Shown piece after piece: positions 19,718-30,560 of a stretch of 63,080 nt of DNA. The notes below the pieces were generated by a model. That model made no database searches. It saw only the letters and a program-made list of their open reading frames with translations, and was not told where the DNA came from. The stretch lies in contig CAZSWA010000008.1 in the NCBI GenBank assembly GCA_964610465.1, positions 1-63,080 of the forward strand. Reading direction: 5' to 3'. Each line of letters begins with the position of its first letter. Within the stretch, counting starts at the first letter, position 1. The stretch comes from an uncultured Gammaproteobacteria bacterium (GTDB taxonomy: Bacteria; Patescibacteriota; Microgenomatia; Levybacterales; UBA12049). Made by a program: the position numbers and the translations under genes.

Positions 19718-22069
19718 ATGAACCAAGGATTATCTGCTAACGAAGTTGACCAAAGACAAAAACAGTATGGAAAAAATGAAATAACAACCTATCCTTCTGT
19801 CTCTTGGGAAGATATTCTTTTGTCTCAGTTTCTTACCTTTATTAATGTCATTTTATATATTGCCGCAGTTTCATCATTTATTGTACATAGTGTGCTTGAT
19901 GGTATTTTTATCCTTGCCATCCTTATACTGAATGCGCTTTTTGGTTTTTTCCAAGAATATCAAGCAGAGAAATCGCTTGAGAAATTAAAAGACTACACTA
20001 TCCTTTTAGTAAGAGTCAGGAGAGATGAAAAAGATATAGAAATAGATGCAAAAGATCTTGTCCCAGATGATATCGTGACGCTTTCTGAAGGCAACCGTAT
20101 TCCCGCAGATGGGATTATCATACAAAACCATCACTTGGAAATCGATGAATCAGTCATTACTGGTGAATCACTTGCAGTTGAAAAAAAGAAAGGTGATGTC
20201 GTATTATTAGGGACTTTTATAACCAAAGGCAAAGGAAGTATGAAAGTCATTGCGATTGGAGATGCAACGCATTTTGGACAAGTTGCTCATACCTTATCAA
20301 GTATTAAAAATGAGAAAACCCCGCTTCAGAAGCAACTTGAGAGACTTGGGAGACTACTTTCTCTGGCAGCAGTTGGGATATCTCTGCTTCTTATCCCTTT
20401 AGGGCTTTTGCAGCAGAAAGCACTTATCCCTTTGCTTTTTTTGGCAGTCAGTATTGGAGTTGCCGCAATCCCGGAAGCGCTTCCCGCAGTGGTTACGATT
20501 GCACTTGCCATTGGAACCAACAGATTAGCAAAACGAAAAGTCATTGTCCGTCAGATGGCCGCAATTGAGACATTGGGAGCAATGCAATATATTCTTATTG
20601 ATAAAACAGGAACCCTGACACAAAATCGCATGAAAGTCAAGAAAGTGTGGATTGAGAATAAAAAGAATTCTTTCTTTTTTAAACTTGCCTGTATCATTGG
20701 CACTACTGCCTCGCTTGTCTATAAAGATGAGTCGGAGGCATTTGACATCATTGGAGACAAGACAGATGGAGCGCTTTTGGCATGGGCGTATGGAGAAGAT
20801 AAAACGCTTGATGTACAATTACACGCAGGGCATATTACTGATGAGTATGTATTTGATGCAGCAAGTAAAACGATTACCACTGTGTGGGAAAAAGATAAGA
20901 AAAAATATATCTTTGTAAGAGGCGCTCCTGAAACGATTATTGATGGAAGTACCCTTTCTCCAGTACAAAAAGAAGAAGCAATAAAAGAATATCAGTCATT
21001 TGCCAAAGAAGGCTTACGTGTAATAGGACTTGGAATACGACACGAGTCACAAAGTAGTAAAAAAATCGAAAATTATTTCACTTTTCTGGGATTTCTGGGC
21101 ATTTATGATCCTCCCCGCAAAGAAGCCAAAGAAGCGCTCATAAAAGCTCAAAAAGCAGGTATTCGCGTGCTTATGGTCACAGGAGACAATGAACTCACTG
21201 CCTTATCGATTGCTCAGGAAGTAGGCCTTATCGATAAAGAAGAAGATGTCATAACAGGAAACGCGCTTAAGAAATTAAGTGATGAAGAATTAGAAAAAAT
21301 ACTTACCAAAACCCGTATTTTTGCCAGAACTGTTCCTGAAGATAAATTACGCATTACGAGTATTCTTAAAAAACAGGGATTTGTCGTTGGAGTTACAGGA
21401 GATGGAGTCAATGATGCGTTAGCGCTCAAAAAAGCAGATGTGGGAATTGCCATGGGAGAGTCAGGTACTGATGTTGCCAAAGAAGCAAGCGATATTATTC
21501 TTATGGATGATAATTTTATAACGCTTATTAAAGCAGTTGAAGAAGGACGCACTATTTATAGCAATATTGTCAAAGCACTTATCTATCTTCTTGCTGGGAA
21601 TTTATCAGAGCTTTCGCTCATCTTTTTTACTATTCTTCTTGGTCTTCCATCTCCGCTTATCCCAACCCAAATCCTCTGGATAAATTTGATAACCGATGGA
21701 CTACCTGCACTTGCCTTAGCAACTGATAGCAAGACATCTGATGTTTTGCGTCATAAACCACGTAATCCAACTACTCCCATTCTTACTACCAAACGCATAT
21801 TTTTAATTTTTGGGGTTGGCTTTGCTATCTCACTTTTTTTAACGCTTCTTTTTACTGATTTTCTTACCTTCTATCCTGAAATTAAAGCACGGACCTATAT
21901 CTTTCACTTACTTATTTTTTCTCAACTCATTCTTGCTGCTGTTTTGGGACGACACTCATTGCAAAAAAGGAATACATTTTTCATTGGAACATTTCTTTTT
22001 ATTATTGCTGTACAAATCATTATCACATTTCTCCCTTTTGTGAAAATGCTTCTTGAATTGCAAATGTAG
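19718..22069 (+). CDS. P-type cation-transporting ATPase (type II, Ca2+/Mg2+-like)
   Basis: The N-terminal cation-ATPase motif is GLSANEVDQRQKQYGKNEI. The phosphorylation site is DKTGTLT, with TGDN and GDGVNDALALKKADVGIAMG. About 8-10 TM helices are predicted. Confidence 0.9.
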   Translation: MNQGLSANEVDQRQKQYGKNEITTYPSVSWEDILLSQFLTFINVILYIAAVSSFIVHSVLDGIFILAILILNALFGFFQEYQAEKSLEKLKDYTILLVRVRRDEKDIEIDAKDLVPDDIVTLSEGNRIPADGIIIQNHHLEIDESVITGESLAVEKKKGDVVLLGTFITKGKGSMKVIAIGDATHFGQVAHTLSSIKNEKTPLQKQLERLGRLLSLAAVGISLLLIPLGLLQQKALIPLLFLAVSIGVAAIPEALPAVVTIALAIGTNRLAKRKVIVRQMAAIETLGAMQYILIDKTGTLTQNRMKVKKVWIENKKNSFFFKLACIIGTTASLVYKDESEAFDIIGDKTDGALLAWAYGEDKTLDVQLHAGHITDEYVFDAASKTITTVWEKDKKKYIFVRGAPETIIDGSTLSPVQKEEAIKEYQSFAKEGLRVIGLGIRHESQSSKKIENYFTFLGFLGIYDPPRKEAKEALIKAQKAGIRVLMVTGDNELTALSIAQEVGLIDKEEDVITGNALKKLSDEELEKILTKTRIFARTVPEDKLRITSILKKQGFVVGVTGDGVNDALALKKADVGIAMGESGTDVAKEASDIILMDDNFITLIKAVEEGRTIYSNIVKALIYLLAGNLSELSLIFFTILLGLPSPLIPTQILWINLITDGLPALALATDSKTSDVLRHKPRNPTTPILTTKRIFLIFGVGFAISLFLTLLFTDFLTFYPEIKARTYIFHLLIFSQLILAAVLGRHSLQKRNTFFIGTFLFIIAVQIIITFLPFVKMLLELQM

Positions 22070-22074
22070 TACAT

Positions 22075-23121
22075 TTATATAAGTTTCTGTTGCAGTTCCT
22101 GAGGATTATAAGAAATACCAAAATGAATGTATGCTGCTTGGGTTGCGATTCTGCCGCGGGCAGTGCGCTTCAAAAAGCCTATTTGCAAAAGATAGGGTTC
22201 TACTACTTCTTCAATTGTTCCTACATCCTCTGAAATGGTTGAAGCAATAGTTTCAATCCCTACCGGTCCTCCATTGTGTTTTTCAATGATAGCTTTGATA
22301 AATTTGGCATCGAGCACATCAAGTCCCATTTCATCTACCTCAAGCATTCTTAGTGCTTCTTTAGTCAAAGGAGGAATGATTTTCCCTTCTCCTTTCACCT
22401 GAGCATAATCCCGTACCCGTTTTAAAAGTTTTAAGGCAATACGAGGCGTGCCTCTGGCCCGTCTTGCAATCTCCTCAACACTTTCTTTATCAATAGATAC
22501 CTTAAGCTTTTTGGCAGCATTCACAATAATGATAGTAAGCTCTTTTGGTGAATAGAAATTAAGTCTATGAATTACTCCAAATCTATCCCGAAGAGGAGCA
22601 GAAAGCATACCTACCCGAGTCGTTGCGCCAATAATAGTAAATTGCGGAAGATCAATACGCAGTGTCCGTGCCGATGGGCCTTTGCCCAGAATAATATCGA
22701 GAGCGTAATCTTCCATGGCAGGATATAGTGTCTCCTCAACTGTTTTATGCAGTCTATGAATCTCATCAATAAAAAGGATATCGCCTTTTTCAAGATTAGT
22801 AAGAATCGATGCCAAATCACCTGTGCGCTCAAGTGCAGGACCTGAAGTAATTCTGATATTGGCATTCATCTCTTTGGCAATAATGTGAGAAAGCGTTGTC
22901 TTGCCAAGACCGGGCGGGCCATAGAGCAAAACATGTTCCAATGCTTCTCCCCGTTTGATAGCAGCTTCAATGGCAATTTGAATTGATGTTTTGATATTTT
23001 CCTGCCCATGAAACTCATCCCAGGAAGAAGCGCGAAGAGAAGTAAAAAGTATCTCTTCTTCAGGAGATTTATCCTCATCTTTTTTGTGCTTTAGTGTTTT
23101 TGTTTTTTGTATATCAGTCAT
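22075..23121 (-). CDS. ruvB: Holliday junction branch-migration helicase RuvB
   Basis: Walker A is [10 protein letters not shown] and Walker B is FIDEIHRL. The RuvB C-terminal winged helix is present, and the gene follows ruvA. Confidence 0.95.
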   Translation of the reverse strand: MTDIQKTKTLKHKKDEDKSPEEEILFTSLRASSWDEFHGQENIKTSIQIAIEAAIKRGEALEHVLLYGPPGLGKTTLSHIIAKEMNANIRITSGPALERTGDLASILTNLEKGDILFIDEIHRLHKTVEETLYPAMEDYALDIILGKGPSARTLRIDLPQFTIIGATTRVGMLSAPLRDRFGVIHRLNFYSPKELTIIIVNAAKKLKVSIDKESVEEIARRARGTPRIALKLLKRVRDYAQVKGEGKIIPPLTKEALRMLEVDEMGLDVLDAKFIKAIIEKHNGGPVGIETIASTISEDVGTIEEVVEPYLLQIGFLKRTARGRIATQAAYIHFGISYNPQELQQKLI

Positions 23122-23149
23122 ACTCTAATAAAAACCCGAAATTCGAGTT

Positions 23150-23722
23150 TCATCTACCTAGTTGTTTCAATGCCAATCGTATTTTCTCCTCTGGCGTATT
23201 ACCTTGCCCTGCAATTGCCTTAAGCGCGTTTCTTGCTTCATAGGAACTAAATCCAAAATTAGTAAGTGCTGCAATTACTTCATTATTTTGTGTCCCGTCT
23301 TTCATGACATCAAACTCTCCTTCTCCACCCAGTTTATTTTTAAGTTCAATGATAATTTTCTGGGCATTCTTCTTGCCAAGACGGGGAACTGTGGTAAAAA
23401 AACCCATATCGCCTGTTGTGATAGCTTGAATAATCTCAACACGTTGCCCCACTGAAAAAATCCCAAGTGCAGTTTTACACCCAACCCCTGATACACCAAT
23501 GAGATACTCAAAAAGCCGTAAGTCATCCGCTGTTTCAAATCCATAGAGCTCAAGTAAGTCTTCGCGAACATGAGTATGGATAAAAAGCGTAAAAGTTCCT
23601 CCAACAGTTGCTTTTGCCAGAACTGAAGCTTGAGGCAAGACTTTATATCCCACACCTTGTACATCAATGATAAGGGATGAAATATCTTTATAAGCAATAA
23701 TTCCTTTGAGCAGACCAATCAT
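23150..23722 (-). CDS. ruvA: Holliday junction DNA-binding protein RuvA
   Basis: MIGLLKGII is the typical RuvA start; the ORF is open to 23734. The HhH motif is GVSGVGCKTALGI. Confidence 0.9.
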   Translation of the reverse strand: MIGLLKGIIAYKDISSLIIDVQGVGYKVLPQASVLAKATVGGTFTLFIHTHVREDLLELYGFETADDLRLFEYLIGVSGVGCKTALGIFSVGQRVEIIQAITTGDMGFFTTVPRLGKKNAQKIIIELKNKLGGEGEFDVMKDGTQNNEVIAALTNFGFSSYEARNALKAIAGQGNTPEEKIRLALKQLGR

Positions 23723-23793
23723 AGAAAAGTACAAAGATTATATCATGTTCTTAGGAAATAGAAAGAAAGTATTTTTTACTTATAAAAGCTATA

Positions 23794-24273
23794 TCAATTC
23801 AGTTGTTTTGAAGTAAAGGCATGGGTTAATGCAATTGCCAGCGCATCAGCCGTATCATCAGGCTTTGGAATTTCTGTGAGACGCAGAAGCGTTTTTACCA
23901 TTTGCCCAACTTGCTGTTTCTCAGCCCTTCCATATCCTGTCACTGCAATTTTCACCTGCAGTGGAGTATAGACAGCAATAGGAATATTTTTTTCCGCCGC
24001 TGCTAAAAGGACAACTCCACGTGCCTGACCTACAATGAGTGCTGTCTTAGCATTGGTATTAAAAAAAAGTTCCTCAATGGCAATCGCATCCGGTTCATGC
24101 TGTGCTACAATCTCTACTATTTGACGGTAGAGCAGATGCAACCTGGCTGCGATATGAAGATTGTCTGAAGTTTCAATACAGCCATAGTTTTGACTTTTGA
24201 TTTTCGTATTTTTACTTTCTATGACTCCCCATCCTGTTCGTCCAATGCCAGGATCAATACCCAAAATCCGCAT
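23794..24273 (-). CDS. ruvC: crossover junction endodeoxyribonuclease RuvC
   Basis: MRILGIDPGIGRTGWG, a 159-aa RNase-H-fold family signature. Confidence 0.9.
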   Translation of the reverse strand: MRILGIDPGIGRTGWGVIESKNTKIKSQNYGCIETSDNLHIAARLHLLYRQIVEIVAQHEPDAIAIEELFFNTNAKTALIVGQARGVVLLAAAEKNIPIAVYTPLQVKIAVTGYGRAEKQQVGQMVKTLLRLTEIPKPDDTADALAIALTHAFTSKQLN

Positions 24274-24383
24274 AATGCAATTAATTATATACTATAACAA
24301 CATATATAATTATAAATCTAGTATGCGGTCACATTTCCCACTAAGCTTGTAATATTTTGCAAGTTAGTATACAATATAAACTC

Positions 24384-25037
24384 ATGAAACATGCAAAATT
24401 GATAGCAGAAAAGCGCCAGACACTTGGGAAACAGGTAAAACAACTTCGAAAAGAAGGATTTTTGCCAGCCAATGTATACGGGAAAGCCATTCCTTCGCAG
24501 GCAATTCAGGTCAAGTATATAGAATTTGCTCCTGTGTTTAAAGAAGTAGGAGAGACAGGATTGGTTGACTTGCAACTTGATGGTGAAGTACGTCCTGTAC
24601 TTATCAAAAATCTCCAAATGAACTTTTACACTCATACCCCCCTACATGCTGACTTCTATCAGGTTAATCTGAAAGAAAAAGTAAAAAGTATGGTTCCTCT
24701 TGTGATAGTCGGCGAAGCGAAGGCAGTTGAAGAGAAGCTTGGCATGCTCCTTCAAACGCTTTCTGAGGTAGAAGTTGAAGCACTGCCAGACAATCTTCCA
24801 GAGCATATTGAAGTCAATGTTGAACCTCTTGCAGCACTTGATGAAGGACTTACGATTAGTGACCTTAAGGCTCCAGAAGGAGTAACAATTCTTACTGATG
24901 CTGAGCAAACAGTTGCTAAAATAACTGAACTTATAGTTGAAGAGAAAGAACCAGCACCAGTTGCCGAGACTCCAGAAACACCAGCTGAAGGAACTGCTAC
25001 TATAGAAGAAACACCATCTGAAACTGAAGAGAAATAA
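24384..25037 (+). CDS. rplY: 50S ribosomal protein L25/Ctc
   Basis: The N-terminus contains KRQTLGKQVKQLRKEGFLPANVYG and the C-tail is acidic. The ORF is open from 24357, but MKHAKL at 24384 is the likely start. Confidence 0.85.
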   Translation: MKHAKLIAEKRQTLGKQVKQLRKEGFLPANVYGKAIPSQAIQVKYIEFAPVFKEVGETGLVDLQLDGEVRPVLIKNLQMNFYTHTPLHADFYQVNLKEKVKSMVPLVIVGEAKAVEEKLGMLLQTLSEVEVEALPDNLPEHIEVNVEPLAALDEGLTISDLKAPEGVTILTDAEQTVAKITELIVEEKEPAPVAETPETPAEGTATIEETPSETEEK

Positions 25038-25047
25038 CTTCTTTCAT

Positions 25048-25569
25048 CTAGTTCATTTCCTGTTGCAAGTGTTTTCCAGCCTCAAAACTTGGATCAAGAG
25101 ATAAGGCTTTCTCAAGATTTGCTTTTGCCTCTTCTATATTTCCCAATTGATACTCAAGTATTGCAATTTTAAAGAATCCATCCCGATAGTCTTTATAGCG
25201 GTCTGTTATTCCTTTCCAATAGCTAATTTCTCTTGTAAGTTCGGCTCTTTGATACAGAAGCTGTACTACCTGTTTTTGATTTTTTTCTAAAGAAAAAAAC
25301 TGAAGCAAGATAGCAATCAAAGTAAAGCTGCAAAAGAAGCTCACCAGGAAAAATTTGGTAAAAATAGCACTCTCTACAAAAGGCCATTCGGTAATAAATC
25401 GGTGAATCTTCGGGAATTCATGGACTCGAATCCCCACAAGAATGCTGCTAAGCTTTTTGTGATCCCTTTTTGCATACGGCAAGTATACGTTTATCTGTTT
25501 CTTTGCATTCCTCCAATAGGTAATAAAGTGCGTTTTAGATATATCCCAATAGAACAGTATTTTCCCCAT
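25048..25569 (-). CDS. membrane-anchored TPR-repeat protein (hypothetical)
   Basis: The 173-aa ORF has one central TM helix and a C-terminal TPR-like unit (FFKIAILEYQLGNIEEAKANLEKALSLDPSF). Confidence 0.55.
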   Translation of the reverse strand: MGKILFYWDISKTHFITYWRNAKKQINVYLPYAKRDHKKLSSILVGIRVHEFPKIHRFITEWPFVESAIFTKFFLVSFFCSFTLIAILLQFFSLEKNQKQVVQLLYQRAELTREISYWKGITDRYKDYRDGFFKIAILEYQLGNIEEAKANLEKALSLDPSFEAGKHLQQEMN

Positions 25570-25591
25570 ATCTTAAACGAAGCGCTAATTT

Positions 25592-27763
25592 CTACATGCC
25601 TGTTGTAGACCATGCTTCAATCATAAGTGATTCTCCATGGCCTGGAATGTGTTGGTAAATTTCTTCTGTTACAAATGGCATAAACGGATGCAAAAGTTTC
25701 AATAAGTACACATATAATGTTTGCAACACAATCACCGACTTTTCATCATTTCTCTCTTTTACATCTTCGATATATATATCGGCAAATTCATGCCAGGCAA
25801 ATTGGTATAAATTCTGTGCAGCTTCATGTAAACGGAATTTTTCAATATCCTCCGAAACTTCTTTTATAAGATTGGTTATTTTTTTCACCATGATTTTATC
25901 ATTTTTATGCATAGCCACTTTTTCCAGTTCATTGAATGCGAGTATCGTTTGAGACTTGGCATCTGATAATTCATTCCGTTTTAATTCAATAAACCTTCCC
26001 ATATTCCATAATTTATTGGCAAAATGTTTCATACCGCGAACTTTATCTTCATCAAACACTACATCGTTTCCTGGAGCTGCACCAAAAACAAGGGACATAC
26101 GAAGGGCATCTGTCCCATATTTTTCAATCATTTCAAGTGGGTCAACACCATTATTTAATGATTTACTAAATTTTCTGCCTTGTGTGTCGCGAACAATCCC
26201 ATGGAGATATACCTTGCGAAATGGAACCTCGCCTAGCAAAAAACCAGTCATTAAAATCATTCTTGCTACCCAGAAAAAAAGTATTTCATATCCTGGGACA
26301 ATAACTGAGGTTGGATGGAAGGTTTGAAGATCCTGTGTCTGATTCGGCCAACCAAGAGTCGAGAATGTCCAAAGACCTGATGAAAACCAAGTATCTAGTG
26401 TGTCTGAGTCTTGTCTCCATCCTTCCCCTTTTGGTTCTTGAGTGTCGCAATAGATTTCATGGCCTTTGTACCATACTGGTATCTGGTGCCCATAGATAAT
26501 TTGTCGTGAGATACACCAGTCTCTAAGATCGTCAATCCAATGATAATATATTTTTTCAAATCGATTTGGAAGAATTGTTATTGCACCTGACTCAACTGCT
26601 TTTCGCATCACCTGTTTTAAAGTCGTTTTTGCTCCTGATGGAATCCCTGGAATGGTTGAGTGTTTCATGCTAAATTCTTTATTAACCGCAACAAACCATT
26701 GCCGTTTTATTTGCGGCTCAATCACTCCTCCACCCCGATAATTGGTTGCGACATTGTGAGTATAGTTCTCATCAACCTTTACCAGAAGTCTTTTTTCTTT
26801 CAGTTTCTCAACAATAAGAGGTCTGGCTTTTTTGATGTGCATTCCTGCAAATTCCTTGGCAATAGGCAACAATATCCCCCTGTCATCAATTACCGGCTCT
26901 ATGTCAAGATTGTGACGCTTGGCAATTTCAAAATCGATTGCAGAATGTGCCGGAGTAATGGTCATCACACCTGATCCCATCTCTCTATTTGCTGCATTAT
27001 CTTTCACAATCGTTGCCGTGATTGGCCCATTTATCCATTCAACTTGAATTTTTTCTCCATGCTTGTATTTCTTATACCGCGTATCATCCGGATGCATAAC
27101 CACATACTTATCACCAAATTTGGTCTCAGGACGAACTGTACCAATTACAAACGGTCCGTATTGGAAATAATAAAAGGGGTCTTTCTGTTCGATATATTCT
27201 ATTTCATCATCTGCCACAGTAGTCTGAGCTTTTGGATCCCAATTTACAATTCTATCTCCTCTATAAATTAATCCTGCTTCATACATAGCCTTAAACGCAG
27301 TCCGTACTGCAATTTCTCGTGATTTGTCCAAAGTAAAGGTAAGTCTACTCCAATCAAGCGATAAACCCATTTTATGCAACTGATTCAAAATGGCGTTTTG
27401 ATTTGATAAGGCAAATTCCTGGACCATGCTAAAAAATTCTTTTCTTTCAAAATCATGCCGGGATTTGTGTTTTTTTTTGTACAATTCTTTTTCAAATTTT
27501 GACTGGGTTGCAATGGCAGCATGATCTGTTCCAGGAAGCCATAACGTCTTATCTCCACGCATTCGGTGATACCGAATTAATACATCTTGAATCGTATCTT
27601 CAAAAGCGTGTCCCATATGAAGCGTTCCAGTGACATTGGGAGGCGGAAGAATAATAGAGTATGGTGTACCATGAGGATGAATCTCAGGCTTAAAATATCC
27701 TCTCTCTTCCCACATTTTATAGAGTTTTTCTTCTACGTCTTTTTGATTATATACTTTGTCCAT
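25592..27763 (-). CDS. valS: valine--tRNA ligase (short form, no C-terminal coiled coil)
   Basis: The HIGH region is PPPNVTGTLHMGH and KMSKS is KFSKSLNN. WLPGTDHAAIATQ is also present. MDKVYNQKDVEEK at 27763 is the likely start (ORF open to 27799). Confidence 0.9.
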   Translation of the reverse strand: MDKVYNQKDVEEKLYKMWEERGYFKPEIHPHGTPYSIILPPPNVTGTLHMGHAFEDTIQDVLIRYHRMRGDKTLWLPGTDHAAIATQSKFEKELYKKKHKSRHDFERKEFFSMVQEFALSNQNAILNQLHKMGLSLDWSRLTFTLDKSREIAVRTAFKAMYEAGLIYRGDRIVNWDPKAQTTVADDEIEYIEQKDPFYYFQYGPFVIGTVRPETKFGDKYVVMHPDDTRYKKYKHGEKIQVEWINGPITATIVKDNAANREMGSGVMTITPAHSAIDFEIAKRHNLDIEPVIDDRGILLPIAKEFAGMHIKKARPLIVEKLKEKRLLVKVDENYTHNVATNYRGGGVIEPQIKRQWFVAVNKEFSMKHSTIPGIPSGAKTTLKQVMRKAVESGAITILPNRFEKIYYHWIDDLRDWCISRQIIYGHQIPVWYKGHEIYCDTQEPKGEGWRQDSDTLDTWFSSGLWTFSTLGWPNQTQDLQTFHPTSVIVPGYEILFFWVARMILMTGFLLGEVPFRKVYLHGIVRDTQGRKFSKSLNNGVDPLEMIEKYGTDALRMSLVFGAAPGNDVVFDEDKVRGMKHFANKLWNMGRFIELKRNELSDAKSQTILAFNELEKVAMHKNDKIMVKKITNLIKEVSEDIEKFRLHEAAQNLYQFAWHEFADIYIEDVKERNDEKSVIVLQTLYVYLLKLLHPFMPFVTEEIYQHIPGHGESLMIEAWSTTGM

Positions 27764-27814
27764 GAGGCTAATTTTAACACAGCGTAAGAAAGATTGCACG
27801 AAAAGTGATAAGTA

Positions 27815-29164
27815 TTATTCTGTTATAGGAGACAATTTATACCCGCGTGTCCGAACGGTAACTATTTCATAAGGGCTATTCTGTTGTCTCAATTTCACGC
27901 GAACTCTTGCAACTAATCTATCAATTGCCCAATCTGAAACTTCAAGTTCTTTATATTCAGGCCACACTGCTTCAATTATTTCCTCCCGCTCACAAATCTC
28001 ACCTTTCTTGTTTTCAAGGAAAGTAAAAAGAGAATGCTCTTTTTTCGTAAAGTGTACTGTAGGTTCGGCTTCTTTCTTTTCCCGATGGGTAATATAGTGG
28101 CTAAAAAGAAGACTAAATACTACCTGCTCATGCTTTTCTTCAAGAATAAATCCTGCTTCCCAAAGATATTCGGCTTTTATTTTCTCTTCAAACGATAACT
28201 CTTGTTTATCTAAAATTTTAGCAATTGTTTTTTGTTCGTTACTTGTTAAACTTTCCCATAACTCCTCAGATTGCATCATAATGCGCTCATCGTTTGTCAA
28301 AAGAGTAACTAACTCATCCTCTGAAGTTACTTTCTTCTCACCATTTTCTCCAAGTATTACCATTGCAAGTTGTAAATATTGATTATGCCCTCCAACTGTT
28401 GTAAATAACGAACTCTTCAACGATTTTGTAAGTGAAAGGGGATATCGTTTGCTATACGCGTTATAAATAATTTCCATATCATTTTCGTTTGCAGGTTTAA
28501 AATATGTAGTATGCGTATGGATGGCAAGACCTGCCTTTTCAGCTGCAAATAACTTGTCAAGTTCTCTGTAACTTGTAAAGACATAGGCTACTTTTTCCTG
28601 TGTAGCATGTCGTAGGCTTTCGAGATTATCAAAAAAGGAAAGATTGATAGCATTCTTCATGCGGTCAAATCGCAAGAAAAAAAGAGTTGGCATCATGCCA
28701 CTCTCAGTCATGAGGATTAGTGCCTTACGGATATTTTCAATAAGAAGAAACGTGTTCTGTAGCCGGATACTATCAAGGAACAACGCCTCAACCTTATTTT
28801 TTACATCATCAGAAAACTGATAGCGTTCAGATGCGTCTACAATTCTTTTAAATGTTAGTGTCCAAAAAGGAAGTATCTCAAGCTCCAGTAAGTCATTTAA
28901 ATCAATAAGAATAAACAGCTGCTTCTCCCAATTTTTTCCTAAATACGTCTGGAGTGTTTCTGAATGAGAAAAAAAGAACCGTAAAAAATTACCAATACCC
29001 ACCCGTTTCATTCCGACCAGGTTCACAGATTGTCGGCGTTTGAGATGGTCCGAGAGAACCAATGCGTCCTTTTGATGAAAGTGTAGTGGATAGAGAGCCT
29101 CAATAAAAGAGGTACTCATAGGTGTATTGTAAGCTGTTACGCGTTTTTTGGCAATAGCACTCAT
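27815..29164 (-). CDS. degenerate P-loop ATPase-like protein with C-terminal OmpR/PhoB-type winged-helix DNA-binding domain
   Basis: The C-terminus REEIIEAVWPEYKELEVSDWAIDRLVARVRVKLRQQNSPYEIVTVRTRGYKL is a Trans_reg_C-type wHTH. The N-terminal two thirds are colinear with the 51589..52920 paralog, but the Walker A is degenerate (GMKRVGIG). Confidence 0.7.
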   Translation of the reverse strand: MSAIAKKRVTAYNTPMSTSFIEALYPLHFHQKDALVLSDHLKRRQSVNLVGMKRVGIGNFLRFFFSHSETLQTYLGKNWEKQLFILIDLNDLLELEILPFWTLTFKRIVDASERYQFSDDVKNKVEALFLDSIRLQNTFLLIENIRKALILMTESGMMPTLFFLRFDRMKNAINLSFFDNLESLRHATQEKVAYVFTSYRELDKLFAAEKAGLAIHTHTTYFKPANENDMEIIYNAYSKRYPLSLTKSLKSSLFTTVGGHNQYLQLAMVILGENGEKKVTSEDELVTLLTNDERIMMQSEELWESLTSNEQKTIAKILDKQELSFEEKIKAEYLWEAGFILEEKHEQVVFSLLFSHYITHREKKEAEPTVHFTKKEHSLFTFLENKKGEICEREEIIEAVWPEYKELEVSDWAIDRLVARVRVKLRQQNSPYEIVTVRTRGYKLSPITE

Positions 29165-29237
29165 GAAAGGATTGTAGCATAGTTCAAAAAAGTATAAGTA
29201 ATCTGGTATACTGAAAAAGTACTACCTTTTTTACCTT

Positions 29238-30431
29238 ATGAAATTTATTGACGAAGCAGATATCCATGATAAAAAAGTTCTTCTCCGCGTAGACTTTAAT
29301 GTTTCTTTTCTTTCCGACCATTCCATTGCAGATGATGCAAGAATCCGCCAGTCAATACCAACTATTGAGTACCTTTTGCAGAAACATAACAAACTTATTC
29401 TCATCGCTCATCTTGGAGAACCAACTCAAAGGGATGAAAAATATTCTCTGCGGGCAATTATTGATAAGCTCCATTCATTTCTTACTGCCTATGAAATTGT
29501 GTTTGTCGATGATTTTCTGACTTCCCCTGATGCAATAAAAAACCAGACTGAAAACCAAGTTGTGCTTCTTGAAAATATCCGTTTCTATCCAGGCGAAGTA
29601 AAAAACGATCTGGAATTTGCCAAACAACTAGCAGCTTTAGGTGATGTCTATGTCAATGATGCATTTAGTGTTTCCCATCGGGCTGCTGCCTCTATTGTAG
29701 GGTTACCTGGCCTTCTCCCATCTTTTGGAGGCTTACTGCTCAAAAAAGAGGTGACTACTATTGGGAATGCGATTTCTCATCCCAACAAACCATTTGTTGC
29801 CATTATTGGTGGGGCAAAAGTCTCAACCAAACTTCCTTTGCTTTTTAAACTAACCGAAATTGCCGATTACCTGCTTTTGGGCGGAGGTATTGCCAATACC
29901 TTTCTTCTACGACTTGGGTATCAAATGGGCAAAAGTTTGGTTGAGACAGGACAAGAAGCAAATATTGATAATATTCTTGCTCATGCCAAAGAAAAACAGA
30001 CGCATATTGTGCTTCCTGAGGATGCAATGGGAGCGATGGATGCTACCTCACAATCAGTATCTTCGTTTTCCGTAAAAGAGGTTCCATCAGATAGGGGAAT
30101 TTTTGATATAGGTCCACTCACTCAGGCAATTTTTGGCAATATTATAAGTGGTGGTCAAACCATTATTTGGAATGGACCGGTTGGGTACATGGAAAATCCT
30201 GTATTTAAAAGAGGTACTGATTTTCTGTATTATGCAATTACCCAAAATGACCATGCGCTTTCTATTGTCGGTGGCGGTGATACCCTAGCTGCAATATCCC
30301 AAAAAGAATACCTTGATAAAATCACTCATATTTCAACTGGCGGAGGCGCAATGCTTGAATTTGTAGAAAATGGTACGCTCCCAGGCATTGAAGCTCTCAA
30401 GCAAAATACGATTACGCTAAAAAATGCCTAG
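29238..30431 (+). CDS. pgk: phosphoglycerate kinase
   Basis: Family motifs LLRVDFNV, IIGGAKVSTKL and STGGGA are present. The ORF is 397 aa. Confidence 0.95.
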   Translation: MKFIDEADIHDKKVLLRVDFNVSFLSDHSIADDARIRQSIPTIEYLLQKHNKLILIAHLGEPTQRDEKYSLRAIIDKLHSFLTAYEIVFVDDFLTSPDAIKNQTENQVVLLENIRFYPGEVKNDLEFAKQLAALGDVYVNDAFSVSHRAAASIVGLPGLLPSFGGLLLKKEVTTIGNAISHPNKPFVAIIGGAKVSTKLPLLFKLTEIADYLLLGGGIANTFLLRLGYQMGKSLVETGQEANIDNILAHAKEKQTHIVLPEDAMGAMDATSQSVSSFSVKEVPSDRGIFDIGPLTQAIFGNIISGGQTIIWNGPVGYMENPVFKRGTDFLYYAITQNDHALSIVGGGDTLAAISQKEYLDKITHISTGGGAMLEFVENGTLPGIEALKQNTITLKNA

Positions 30432-30537
30432 CCCCTTTTGTGAAACAGATATATTGCTTGCAGGATGAAAGCAAGAGATAAAAAAATATCTAAATCTATG
30501 CAAGCCTAGCTAAATGCTCACTTTTACTTTCAAATTT

Positions 30538-30546
30538 TGTTATAAT
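30538..30546 (+). promoter_or_regulatory. extended -10 promoter-like element TGtTATAAT upstream of dedA-like gene
   Basis: The sequence tttTGtTATAATagataag ends 15 nt before the ATG at 30561. No convincing -35 or Shine-Dalgarno is present, so this rests on motif match only. Confidence 0.3.
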
Positions 30547-30560
30547 AGATAAGTTATTTT

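Noticed and set aside
22611-23718. Same-strand alternative-frame ORFs inside ruvB and ruvA (22611..22865, 22866..23078, 23302..23718).
   Set aside because: They are embedded in genes with unambiguous RuvB and RuvA motifs in another frame, so they are frame-shadow artefacts.
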